Shown: piece after piece, positions 17,380 to 24,397 of the stretch | Layout: each line of letters opens with the position of its first letter | Position numbering within the stretch: the first letter of the stretch is position 1 | From: Neisseria iguanae | Lineage (GTDB): Bacteria; Pseudomonadota; Gammaproteobacteria; Burkholderiales; Neisseriaceae | DNA length: 32,000 nt | Direction: 5' to 3' | Assembly (NCBI RefSeq): GCF_003013245.1 | Contig: NZ_PXYY01000013.1 | Location: 9,496-41,495 of the forward strand | The notes under the pieces: model-generated | What the model saw: only the letters and a program-made list of their open reading frames with translations | What the model was told of the DNA's origin: nothing | Database searches by the model: none | Program-made: the position numbers and the translations under genes

Positions 17380-17816
17380 ACATCGAAAAATTCAACCCGA
17401 AAAAAGACCCTAAATACATTGACTATATTTTTCGATTTTTGAAGAAAAAATCCAAACTGATTGAAACTTTAGGAGCTTATCCACGAATTGTTAAGTTTAA
17501 AGATGGATTTGGCTGGTATATCGGCTGGTTTATTGATGACGGTCTTGGAGACTTTATTGGCAGCAGGATTTGTTACGGCTCCGAAAAAGTTGAGACTTTT
17601 TGTTTTGTTAAAACCACTGAAGCGGATGTTGTCGCCGAAGTCAAATGGAATGAATACGAACGTGTCGGAGGGTGTGCATTAACTAAATGGCATCACAAAT
17701 GGGTCTATGCCAATAAACGATCACGCAAATGCCGCCACTGCGGAATATGGGAACGGAAAGTCGTCAAGACCGTTAAGACGGTTGAACGGCGAACATTATG
17801 GGAGAGCGAGTCATGA
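17376..17816 (+). CDS. Hypothetical protein, 146 aa, AT-rich, Cys/His cluster near C-terminus
   Basis: ATGA overlap with the previous gene. C...HH...C..C arrangement (CALTKWHHKW...CRHCG). No family recognised. Confidence 0.6.
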   Translation: MNIEKFNPKKDPKYIDYIFRFLKKKSKLIETLGAYPRIVKFKDGFGWYIGWFIDDGLGDFIGSRICYGSEKVETFCFVKTTEADVVAEVKWNEYERVGGCALTKWHHKWVYANKRSRKCRHCGIWERKVVKTVKTVERRTLWESES

Positions 17817-18301
17817 ACGTGAAATGCCCGAACTGTGGTGCGGTGCATAGCCTAGACAGCTTAATCAACGATGCCGACGCATCGTCTGTATTGCGGGCTG
17901 TTTTGGAAATGGATGCGGAATTGGGCAAGGCGGCGATACGGTATATCGGTTTATTCCGCCCCGCCAAGTCCCAGCTCTCTTGGGCGCGTACCGCGAAACT
18001 GCTGAATGAGTTGCTGCCGATGATTAAGGCGCAGGAGGCGGCGCGTGACGGGGTTTGTTTTCCTGCCCCTACCGAGGCTTGGATTCACGGATTTAATGAA
18101 ACCGTTAATGCACGCGACCAAGGCCGTCTGAAAACGCCGCTGAAGTCGCATAGATACTTATACGAAATCCTTGCAGGCTGGGTTGGCCAGCCAAGCGCAG
18201 GGAATCAAACAGTAAACCAACCAAACCGCCGAGCCGCACTGCCGGCCAACCCCAGCCAAACCCTTACCGCAGCCGCGTCGCTGCAAGGACTGAAAAAATG
18301 A
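17813..18301 (+). CDS. Hypothetical early protein, 162 aa, N-terminal zinc-ribbon-like CPNCG motif
   Basis: MNVKCPNCGAVHSLD.... ATG 17813 overlaps the previous stop. Contains an in-frame DUS at 18121-18132. Confidence 0.6.
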   Translation: MNVKCPNCGAVHSLDSLINDADASSVLRAVLEMDAELGKAAIRYIGLFRPAKSQLSWARTAKLLNELLPMIKAQEAARDGVCFPAPTEAWIHGFNETVNARDQGRLKTPLKSHRYLYEILAGWVGQPSAGNQTVNQPNRRAALPANPSQTLTAAASLQGLKK

Positions 18302-18786
18302 AAGAACTGCCTACCCAACTGCATAACGCCATGATCGACGGCCTGACCATGCTTTTGACTCTGCGTCTGAGCGGTTCGCCGGCTGCCGACACTGTGGCCG
18401 CCACTGCGCAAACATGGAGCCGTGTATTGGCGCACGGCCGGGCGTGGGATGAGGTGCGCGATGTGAAGCGGTTTCAGACGGCCTTTATGGCGTTGGCCAA
18501 TGAAATGAGCCGCTGGCCGAGTCCGAAAGATTTTTTGGACAATCTGCCGCCACCGCCGGAGCCGTTGAAGCTGGAGTACCACTACCACCCTACGGAGGAG
18601 GAAAAAGCGAAGGGGAAATCGGCTTTAAACCGCATACAGGGCGTGATTAAAGAGGTATTAAAAGGCAGGTCGCTGATGCCGCCTCCGGCTGAAACCGCCA
18701 CCGAGCAGATTTTGAGACACCGCGCGAAAGTTGAGGCACTTGCCAAGCGCGAACGCGAACAAGGCTTGAGCAAGCCGAAATGTTAA
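18298..18786 (+). CDS. Hypothetical early protein, 162 aa
   Basis: ATGA overlap with the previous gene. Contains an in-frame inverted DUS at 18473-18484. No family recognised. Confidence 0.6.
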   Translation: MKELPTQLHNAMIDGLTMLLTLRLSGSPAADTVAATAQTWSRVLAHGRAWDEVRDVKRFQTAFMALANEMSRWPSPKDFLDNLPPPPEPLKLEYHYHPTEEEKAKGKSALNRIQGVIKEVLKGRSLMPPPAETATEQILRHRAKVEALAKREREQGLSKPKC

Positions 18787-18810
18787 ACCCAACCTGAAAG
18801 GAAAGAGAAA

Positions 18811-19014
18811 ATGGCTAAAGTCGTTCTTGTTATTAAAGATAGTACCAAAAGCTTATTTGAGTTTGAAATAAAAGGTTTAGAAGACGAATGTGAAGAAACT
18901 CCTGCAATCTTGGCCGGACATGCTGCAGCAGGCTATCTGAGAAGAAGACAAACAGCCCTCCACGAGAAATTTTTAAGTCAAATTTTACGAGACTTATCAG
19001 ATCAAGATTTTTAG
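18811..19014 (+). CDS. Hypothetical protein, 67 aa, AT-rich
   Basis: GGAAAGAGAAA lies upstream of the ATG. Composition is clearly more AT-rich than its neighbours. Confidence 0.5.
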   Translation: MAKVVLVIKDSTKSLFEFEIKGLEDECEETPAILAGHAAAGYLRRRQTALHEKFLSQILRDLSDQDF

Positions 19015-19032
19015 AGTAAACCCGAAAGGAAA

Positions 19033-19551
19033 ATGGCTAAAACCCGAATCAAACAACCCGCTATTGAAGCGGCACAAGACAAAGCGGAAGTCACTGCGTT
19101 TATCCGCAAAATCGGCGACTTGCAGCGCGAAGTCAAACGCTTGGAAACCGAAGCCGGAGACAAAAAAGCAGTCATCGAAGAAGAATATGCCGCCAAAGCC
19201 GCGCCGATGTGTGCCGAAATCATGAGCCTGACCGAACGTGTGGCCGCCTACTGCGAAGCGCATAAGGACGAGTTGACGGAAAACGGTAAAACCAAAACCG
19301 TGGACTTTACCACCGGCCTGATTAAATGGCGCATCCGTCCGCCATCCGTCAAGGTAACAGGCGTGGCCGCCGTCTTGGCGTGGCTCTCGGAGAAATCCGC
19401 CTTTGCCGAGTTTGTCCGCACGAAAAAGGAAATCGACAAAGACGCCATCCTGAATCAAAAAGAGCGTTTTTCAGACGGCCAAGTGCCAGGGATTAAGATT
19501 GTGTCGGGGCTTGAGGATTTTGTAATTGAGCCGAGCGAACAAATTCTATAA
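19033..19551 (+). CDS. gam: Gam-like host-nuclease inhibitor (Mu Gam family)
   Basis: 172 aa. N-terminal coiled coil (IRKIGDLQREVKRLE...), then TVDFTTGLIKWR and a VKV...LAWL core typical of Mu Gam. Position matches Mu. Confidence 0.8.
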   Translation: MAKTRIKQPAIEAAQDKAEVTAFIRKIGDLQREVKRLETEAGDKKAVIEEEYAAKAAPMCAEIMSLTERVAAYCEAHKDELTENGKTKTVDFTTGLIKWRIRPPSVKVTGVAAVLAWLSEKSAFAEFVRTKKEIDKDAILNQKERFSDGQVPGIKIVSGLEDFVIEPSEQIL

Positions 19552-19638
19552 AATCAACAGTCTGATTCAGTTCAGTGTGTTGAAACGTGATTGAGCCTAC
19601 GGAGCAGGAGTTGATGTGATGATTTAAAACAATGTTAA

Positions 19639-19687
19639 AGGCCGTCTGAAATGGGGTTTAAAACCTGTTTCAGACGGCTTTTTTTAT
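19639..19687 (+). terminator. DUS-pair terminator after gam (contains copy 1 of the 32-bp direct repeat, 19656-19687)
   Basis: aggccgtctgaa at 19639-19650 pairs with ttcagacggc at 19669-19678, followed by T7. Confidence 0.7.
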
Positions 19688-19759
19688 TCGAAATACAGTA
19701 TATTTTTGATAGGAGATGTGTTTAAAATAGGCTAAAATCGTCGGATTAGGAAGAAGAAG

Positions 19760-20701
19760 ATGAAGATCCGTATGAGCCACGAAAAATTCAATGTACTGTA
19801 TGATGGCGAAGCATTGCGCAACAATGAAATGAATGTGCAAACCCTTGCTCCTGCGCTTTATGCATTCGGTACATTATTGGAAGAAGCTAATGCAGCAATC
19901 AACGGGAGCCGTGCCAAAGTAAGCGTTAATGTAAAAGCTTCATTTAAAACAGGTTGCTTCGGCATTGAGTTGAATACGTTTGTTTCACTAGTGGATTTAA
20001 GTAAGTCGTTATTTACTTCTGAGAATATTGCCACAGCCAAAAACCTGCTTGAATGGCTTGGTTTGGTATGGGGTACGGCGGGAATAACTAAATATACGGG
20101 AAAAGGTTTAATTGGGCTGATAAAATGGCTGAGAAACCGTAAGATTTCTAAGATCGAAACGGTTGGTGATGAAACCTTTAAGGTGTATGTCGGTGATGAA
20201 TATTACGAAACTGAGAAGCAGGTATTATGGCTTTACCAAAACCACAAAATCCATGAAGCATTTAAAGATGTATTATCCCCATTAGAGCAGGAAGGTATTG
20301 ATGAATTTGCTGTTACCGATTTAGAGCAAACTTCCCGATTTATGGTCATCAAGGAGTCAGAAGTGCCTTTTTTCGAGCCACCGAAAGAAGAAGATGAAAT
20401 CCTTGCCGATGACGAAGTAAAGATGAATCTTCAGGTAGTAAGTCTGTCTTTCGAGGGTAACTATAAATGGCGGTTTTCTGATGGTAATTCCATATTCAAT
20501 GCGGATGTCGAAGATGAAGGATTTCTCAGGCTTGTGCAATCGGGAGAAGTAGCTTTTGCTAAAGGGGATATCATCAAAGCGCGCTTGCATAAACTACAAT
20601 ATATCAAAGGGGAAAATATGAAAACGGAGTATCGAATTCTGGAAGTATTGGAACACCGGCATGGTGCACCACAAATGAAACTTCCTTTTGTAGACAACTA
20701 A
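19760..20701 (+). CDS. Orphan 313-aa protein (moron); no recognisable domain
   Basis: Long clean ORF preceded by AGGAAGAAGAAG. Markedly AT-richer than flanking phage genes. Isolated by terminators on both sides. Contains a central amphipathic/hydrophobic stretch (LLEWLGLVWGTAGITKYTGKGLIGLIKWL). Confidence 0.8.
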   Translation: MKIRMSHEKFNVLYDGEALRNNEMNVQTLAPALYAFGTLLEEANAAINGSRAKVSVNVKASFKTGCFGIELNTFVSLVDLSKSLFTSENIATAKNLLEWLGLVWGTAGITKYTGKGLIGLIKWLRNRKISKIETVGDETFKVYVGDEYYETEKQVLWLYQNHKIHEAFKDVLSPLEQEGIDEFAVTDLEQTSRFMVIKESEVPFFEPPKEEDEILADDEVKMNLQVVSLSFEGNYKWRFSDGNSIFNADVEDEGFLRLVQSGEVAFAKGDIIKARLHKLQYIKGENMKTEYRILEVLEHRHGAPQMKLPFVDN

Positions 20702-20718
20702 CTAGTACGCCCGGCAAA

Positions 20719-20766
20719 AGGTCGTCTGAAAACAGTTTAAAACCTGTTTCAGACGGCTTTTTTTAT
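20719..20766 (+). terminator. DUS-pair terminator after the orphan gene (contains copy 2 of the 32-bp direct repeat, 20735-20766)
   Basis: aggtcgtctgaa at 20719-20730 (T variant) pairs with ttcagacggc at 20748-20757, followed by T7. Confidence 0.7.
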
Positions 20767-20868
20767 GCCTGTCCGTTTCGCAAAAAACATCGTCTTACTA
20801 CAACATATAGTATTTTATCTGTATAATATGCGTTAATTAATCAATATATTGTGTTTTAGGAATTCAGA

Positions 20869-21267
20869 ATGCGCCGGGCATTGATTGCAAAAATTAAAAT
20901 TGCTCAAAAAGAGCTTGGTTTGGATGATGCGACGTATCGCGCGGTGTTGGAGCGTGTGACGGGCAAGCGGTCGTGTACCGAGTGCAGCATCCCTGAGCTG
21001 GAGCGTGTGGTCGAGGATTTGCGCCAGCATGGGTTTGCGCCGAAGAAAACGGCAGGCCATCGCCCGAACCGCCGAAGCTCTGCCGATCCGATGATGCGGA
21101 AAATCGAAGCCCTGCTGCTGGATAACGACTGGACTTGGAATTATGCGCACGGCACGGCGAAAAAGATGTTTAAGGTTGACCGCGTGGAATGGTTGTCCGA
21201 CGGCAATATGCACAAGTTGGTGGCGGCTTTGCAGATTGCGGCGAACCGAAAGAAAAAGGAGGAATAG
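20869..21267 (+). CDS. gemA: GemA / Mu gp16-like protein (DUF1018)
   Basis: MRRALIAKIKIAQKELGLDDATYRAVLERVTGKRSCTECSIPELERVVEDL is the characteristic N-terminus of the Mu gp16/GemA family. Confidence 0.75.
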   Translation: MRRALIAKIKIAQKELGLDDATYRAVLERVTGKRSCTECSIPELERVVEDLRQHGFAPKKTAGHRPNRRSSADPMMRKIEALLLDNDWTWNYAHGTAKKMFKVDRVEWLSDGNMHKLVAALQIAANRKKKEE

Positions 21268-21269
21268 GA

Positions 21270-21749
21270 ATGAGTGTAAGTTGGGAGATGACAGAGCAGG
21301 ATTTCGAGGATGTGAAACATCTGCTGCCGCATAGTGTGGTGGCGATGATTACGGTCATCGGACTGGAGGCGACATTTCACATGGTTAAGGTTTGGGGCGG
21401 GACGAATTACCCGATTTCCAATCGTCGCCGCAATACGCGTCAGAGCCGAATCTTACACGCGCAACTGGTCGAGGACATTGGCGAGGCGGCGGCGGGACGA
21501 TTGGAGCGAGCCTATGCCGGTCAGCCTTTCTTGGCGATTCCGCGCTGCTGGGATGCGATGCGTGAGCTGCGCAACCGATTTATCCGCCGGCAATATGATG
21601 CGATGAGCGCGGAGGGTTTGAGCGATTTGGTTATTGTGCGCGAGCTGGTGTTGGCGCATAAGTTGTCGACGCGCAATATCCGATACATTTTGAAAGAGGC
21701 CGACCGCGAGGCGGCGGCAAGAGCGCAGGCTGATTTGTTTGCGGCATGA
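21270..21749 (+). CDS. mor: Mor-family transcriptional activator
   Basis: ATG 21270 is preceded by AAGGAGG. C-terminal HTH (ELVLAHKLSTRNIRYILK). Size and position match Mu Mor/C-type activators. Confidence 0.75.
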   Translation: MSVSWEMTEQDFEDVKHLLPHSVVAMITVIGLEATFHMVKVWGGTNYPISNRRRNTRQSRILHAQLVEDIGEAAAGRLERAYAGQPFLAIPRCWDAMRELRNRFIRRQYDAMSAEGLSDLVIVRELVLAHKLSTRNIRYILKEADREAAARAQADLFAA

Positions 21750-21788
21750 TGGTTTTGTTTTCCTTGTGTGTTTGAGTAGACCTTTTTT

Positions 21789-21815
21789 CCCTGCTTCGTG
21801 CAGGGATTTTTTTTT
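21789..21815 (+). terminator. Rho-independent terminator after mor
   Basis: ccctgc (21789-21794) pairs with gcaggg (21800-21805), followed by a T9 run. Confidence 0.6.
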
Positions 21816-21818
21816 ACC

Positions 21819-21836
21819 TGCATTCCGCTGAATGCA
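21819..21836. promoter_or_regulatory. Dyad TGCATTC-N4-GAATGCA upstream of the lysis/late operon (candidate activator site)
   Basis: Perfect 7-bp inverted repeat between mor and the endolysin gene. Mor/C-type activators bind dyads upstream of their target promoters. The promoter itself is not mapped. Confidence 0.3.
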
Positions 21837-21920
21837 AGCCTGACGGGGCTTGGGGGTCGTCTGAAAAGGTTTAATGGGGTTTTCAAATGTTATGCAATCA
21901 ACCTTTTTTGGAGATGATGA

Positions 21921-22466
21921 ATGGGCAAAACCGTAACCTTAACCGCTGGACACAGCAATACTGACCCGGGCGCAGTCAACGGAAGCGACCGTGAGGCGGA
22001 CTTGGCGCAGGATATGCGCAACATCGTGGCTTCAATCCTGCGTAACGATTACGGCCTGACCGTACGCACCGACGGCGAAGGCAAAGGCAATATGCCGCTG
22101 CGCGAAGCAGTTAAGCTGATTCGCGGCTCGGATGTGGCGATTGAGTTCCACACCAATGCGGCGGCGAACAAAACGGCGACAGGCATCGAAGCCTTGTCCA
22201 CGCCGAAAAACAAACGTTGGTGTCAGGTATTGAGCAAGGCTGTTGCCAAGGCGACAGGCTGGAAACTGCGCGGTGAAGACGGCTTTAAGCCGGATAACGC
22301 AGGGCAGCATTCGCGCCTGGCTTATGCGCAGGCCGGCGGCATTGTTTTTGAGCCGTTTTTTATCAGCAACGACACTGATCTGGCTTTGTTTAAAACTACA
22401 AAATGGGGCATTTGCCGCGCGATTGCGGACGCGATTGCGATGGAATTGGGAGCGGCGAAGGTATGA
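21921..22466 (+). CDS. Endolysin, N-acetylmuramoyl-L-alanine amidase (Amidase_3 type)
   Basis: LTAGHSNTDPGAV, AIEFHTNAA and FEPFFISN match the Zn-ligand contexts of the AmiA/B/C catalytic domain. No signal peptide. Confidence 0.8.
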   Translation: MGKTVTLTAGHSNTDPGAVNGSDREADLAQDMRNIVASILRNDYGLTVRTDGEGKGNMPLREAVKLIRGSDVAIEFHTNAAANKTATGIEALSTPKNKRWCQVLSKAVAKATGWKLRGEDGFKPDNAGQHSRLAYAQAGGIVFEPFFISNDTDLALFKTTKWGICRAIADAIAMELGAAKV

Positions 22467-22666
22467 AAAAGTCTTTGATTGCTTTATGTGTTGCCCATTG
22501 TGCAAAGTTGAAAAACGGTTTTGGCGTCCCGCCGTTACCTGAAATCAAAATCACGTCAAGCCCTGTTCGGATAGGCTCTTTAAAACAACATCCGAGCCTG
22601 CGCTTGGGTAAGTCGGGCGTGGCAGCTGCCAAACGCGCGGCGCGTAAACGCAAGAATCGTCGTTAA
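22463..22666 (+). CDS. Hypothetical 67-aa protein, hydrophobic N-terminus and poly-basic C-terminus
   Basis: ATGA overlap with the endolysin stop. MKKSLIALCVAHC... ends ...AAKRAARKRKNRR. Confidence 0.4.
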   Translation: MKKSLIALCVAHCAKLKNGFGVPPLPEIKITSSPVRIGSLKQHPSLRLGKSGVAAAKRAARKRKNRR

Positions 22667-22668
22667 TC

Positions 22669-22833
22669 ATGGGACAGATTGAGTTTTACGAAAAGATGAT
22701 TGAGCAATGGTCGCGTAAAAGCCGCGAGGCAAGCGAACAGGCAGATTTGGCTGCGTTTGAATTTGCGGAGAGCGAAATTGCCAATTATCGGGAAATGCTG
22801 AAACGGCACCTGCAAACCAAAAGTGTGGAATAG
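22669..22833 (+). CDS. Hypothetical 54-aa protein
   Basis: MGQIEFYEKMIEQWSRKSREASEQADLAAFEFAESEIANYREMLKRHLQTKSVE. It fills the gap between neighbouring genes. Below the track cut-off. Confidence 0.4.
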   Translation: MGQIEFYEKMIEQWSRKSREASEQADLAAFEFAESEIANYREMLKRHLQTKSVE

Positions 22834-22835
22834 CA

Positions 22836-23072
22836 ATGCGTATTTTGGATATTTTTAAAAACCCGGCGACAGGCAATGTGTCGCACTCGAAACTCTGGGC
22901 AAACGTCGCCTGCGCGGCTGGGACGTTTAAGTTTGTGATGTTGCCCGACCCTTCGGCGGAGATCTGGGCGGTGTATTTGGGCATTGTCGGCGGCTATGCC
23001 GTGGCGCGTTCGTTGGTCAGCGTCAAACGTCAGGAGGTCGAGAATGAATCTCGTGAAACTGCTGGCGAATAA
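22836..23072 (+). CDS. Putative holin, 78 aa, two TM segments
   Basis: TM1 is LWANVACAAGTFKFVML and TM2 is IWAVYLGIVGGYAVARSLV, with a charged C-terminus. It lies between the endolysin and the spanins. Confidence 0.55.
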   Translation: MRILDIFKNPATGNVSHSKLWANVACAAGTFKFVMLPDPSAEIWAVYLGIVGGYAVARSLVSVKRQEVENESRETAGE

Positions 23073-23463
23073 CTGGCAACCGATTGCCATCATCGCGCTT
23101 GTCGGCACGGGTTTGGCGGTGTCGCACCATCAAGGCTACAAGTCGGCTTTTGCGAAGCAGCAGGCGGTCATCGACAAGATGGGAAAAGACAAAGCGCAAG
23201 CCCTGCTGTTGTCGGCTCAAAACTATGCGCGCGAGCTGGAAAATGCGCGTGCGGAAGCTAAAAAATATGAAGTCAAGGCGCACGCTGTCGGCATGGCTTT
23301 GGCGAAAAAACAGGCGGAAGTCAGCCGTCTGAAAACGGAAAATAAAAAGGAAATCGAAAATGTCCTTACTCAAGACCGTAAAAATGCAAGCGGCGGTTGT
23401 ATTGACGGCTTTGGCCATCACGGCCTGCAGCTCTACAAGCGCGCCCTCGGCTACGGAAATTAA
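23044..23463 (+). CDS. i-spanin (Rz-like)
   Basis: N-terminal TM (WQPIAIIALVGTGLAV), then a long coiled coil. Start MNLVKLL at 23044. Confidence 0.65.
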   Translation: MNLVKLLANNWQPIAIIALVGTGLAVSHHQGYKSAFAKQQAVIDKMGKDKAQALLLSAQNYARELENARAEAKKYEVKAHAVGMALAKKQAEVSRLKTENKKEIENVLTQDRKNASGGCIDGFGHHGLQLYKRALGYGN

Positions 23464-23677
23464 GGTTGTCGAAAAGGCGGTCATGCCGACACCGCCTGCC
23501 GCATTGATGGTCGCGCCGGTACGACCGAATGCGCCTAAAGACGGTAAGACGGCCACGCTGTTGGAACACGCCGCTGAGTTTGGCGGCTATGTTTCGGAAC
23601 TGGAAAACCAAAATCAGGCTTGGCGCGATTGGGTCAACAGTCAAGCGGAAGTTGACGGTTCGGAGGGCGCACGATGA
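23360..23677 (+). CDS. o-spanin lipoprotein (Rz1-like), overlapped architecture
   Basis: Lipobox LAITAC and a Pro-rich mature part. It starts inside the Rz-like gene in another frame and extends past it. The start may be 23384. Confidence 0.65.
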   Translation: MSLLKTVKMQAAVVLTALAITACSSTSAPSATEIKVVEKAVMPTPPAALMVAPVRPNAPKDGKTATLLEHAAEFGGYVSELENQNQAWRDWVNSQAEVDGSEGAR

Positions 23678-23916
23678 CGACTTATCGTGATTTGGTGCAA
23701 CGCACGGTCGCCTGCCGCCATGCGGACTTGGAATTGGGCTTAAGCCGCGCACGCGAACAAGAGCCGTTTGTCATCCATGTTTCCGACCTATTGGATAAGG
23801 CAGGCATTGAGTACGCAGTGCGTATGGATAAGGATTTTCAGACGACCTTATATATTGCGCTCCATCAGGGGCGCATATTTTTAATTCTTGTAAAGCCCCT
23901 TAACTCTAGCCAGTGA
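23674..23916 (+). pseudogene. Mu-like late-region ORF truncated and fused by the filamentous-prophage insertion
   Basis: The first 58 codons (to ...MDKDFQTT) are Mu-like sequence. From 23848 the reading frame runs into the repeated phage left-end unit (LYIALHQGRIFLILVKPLNSSQ*). Confidence 0.55.
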
Positions 23917-24282
23917 AGGGGCTTAATCATGTTTATTTTCTATACCGTCAATCCCGAACCCGTATCTTTCCCGAAAGCATACATCTTGAAAGTGTTCAGG
24001 GATAAAGACAACGAATCCCAATGCATCAAAACAGTTTGTTTCCCTTATATATTGCGCTCCATCAGGGGCGCATATTTTTAATTCTTTATATATTGCGCTC
24101 CATCAGGGGCGCATATTTTTAATTCTTGTAAAGCCCCTTAACTCTAGCCAGTGAAGGGGCTTAATCATGTTTATTTTCTATACCGTCAATCCCGAACCCG
24201 TATCTTTCCCGAAAGCATACATCTTGAAAGTGTTCAGGGATAAAGACAACGAATCCCAATGCATCAAAACAGTTTGTTTCCC
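23848..24282 (+). repeat. A-B-A-A-B duplication of the prophage left end (A about 42 bp, B about 155 bp)
   Basis: 23848-24044 equals 24086-24282 (197 bp, period 238). An extra copy of the first ~42 bp (ttatatattgcgctccatcaggggcgcatatttttaattctt) sits at 24045-24086. Each long copy has a 9-bp-stem hairpin aagcccctt/aaggggctt (23893-23924 and 24131-24162). Confidence 0.9.
23929..24081 (+). pseudogene. Truncated duplicate of the 76-aa ORF
   Basis: The first 39 codons are identical to ORF 24167-24397. The frame then reads into repeat unit A and stops (50 aa). Confidence 0.5.
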
Positions 24283-24397
24283 TATCCGCAATCCGACTTT
24301 GAAACAAAAAATTGAAAACGAAGCGTATGAATACGGCAGATTGTTTGTAAAAGAATTGATGGATAAGGAATGCAACCGTGAAAGCCTTGGAAGATAA
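24167..24397 (+). CDS. Hypothetical 76-aa protein upstream of rep
   Basis: Intact copy in the second repeat. Its end overlaps the GTG start of rep. No family recognised. Confidence 0.5.
   Translation: MFIFYTVNPEPVSFPKAYILKVFRDKDNESQCIKTVCFPIRNPTLKQKIENEAYEYGRLFVKELMDKECNRESLGR

Larger units (their letters stand above)
11523..23847 (+). mobile_element. Mu-like transposable prophage, left (early, middle and lysis) part; interrupted at 23847
   Basis: Canonical Mu order: leftward repressor, then ner, A transposase, B ATPase, small early genes, gam, gemA, mor, lysis genes. The true left terminus is unresolved; it lies between the DUS at 11511-11522 and the terminator at 11647-11674. The right coordinate is the insertion point of the filamentous prophage, not a Mu end. 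Head and tail genes are not in the window. Confidence 0.8.

Noticed and set aside
22667-22984. 105-aa minus-strand ORF (and 22785-23108) opposite the small late genes and holin
   Set aside because: It is antisense to a compact, translationally coupled plus-strand operon, with no independent signals.
23830-23870. Search for a dRS3-type target (ATTCCC-N8-GGGAAT) at the filamentous-prophage left junction
   Set aside because: No such motif is present at or next to the junction. Only an inverted T-variant DUS is there, so the classical meningococcal Nf target cannot be claimed here.
23848-24127. Three copies of a 42-bp unit considered as a possible mini CRISPR array
   Set aside because: The spacers between copies are 155 bp and 0 bp, and one spacer is itself part of a larger exact duplication. 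There are no cas genes. It is a segmental duplication, not a CRISPR array.
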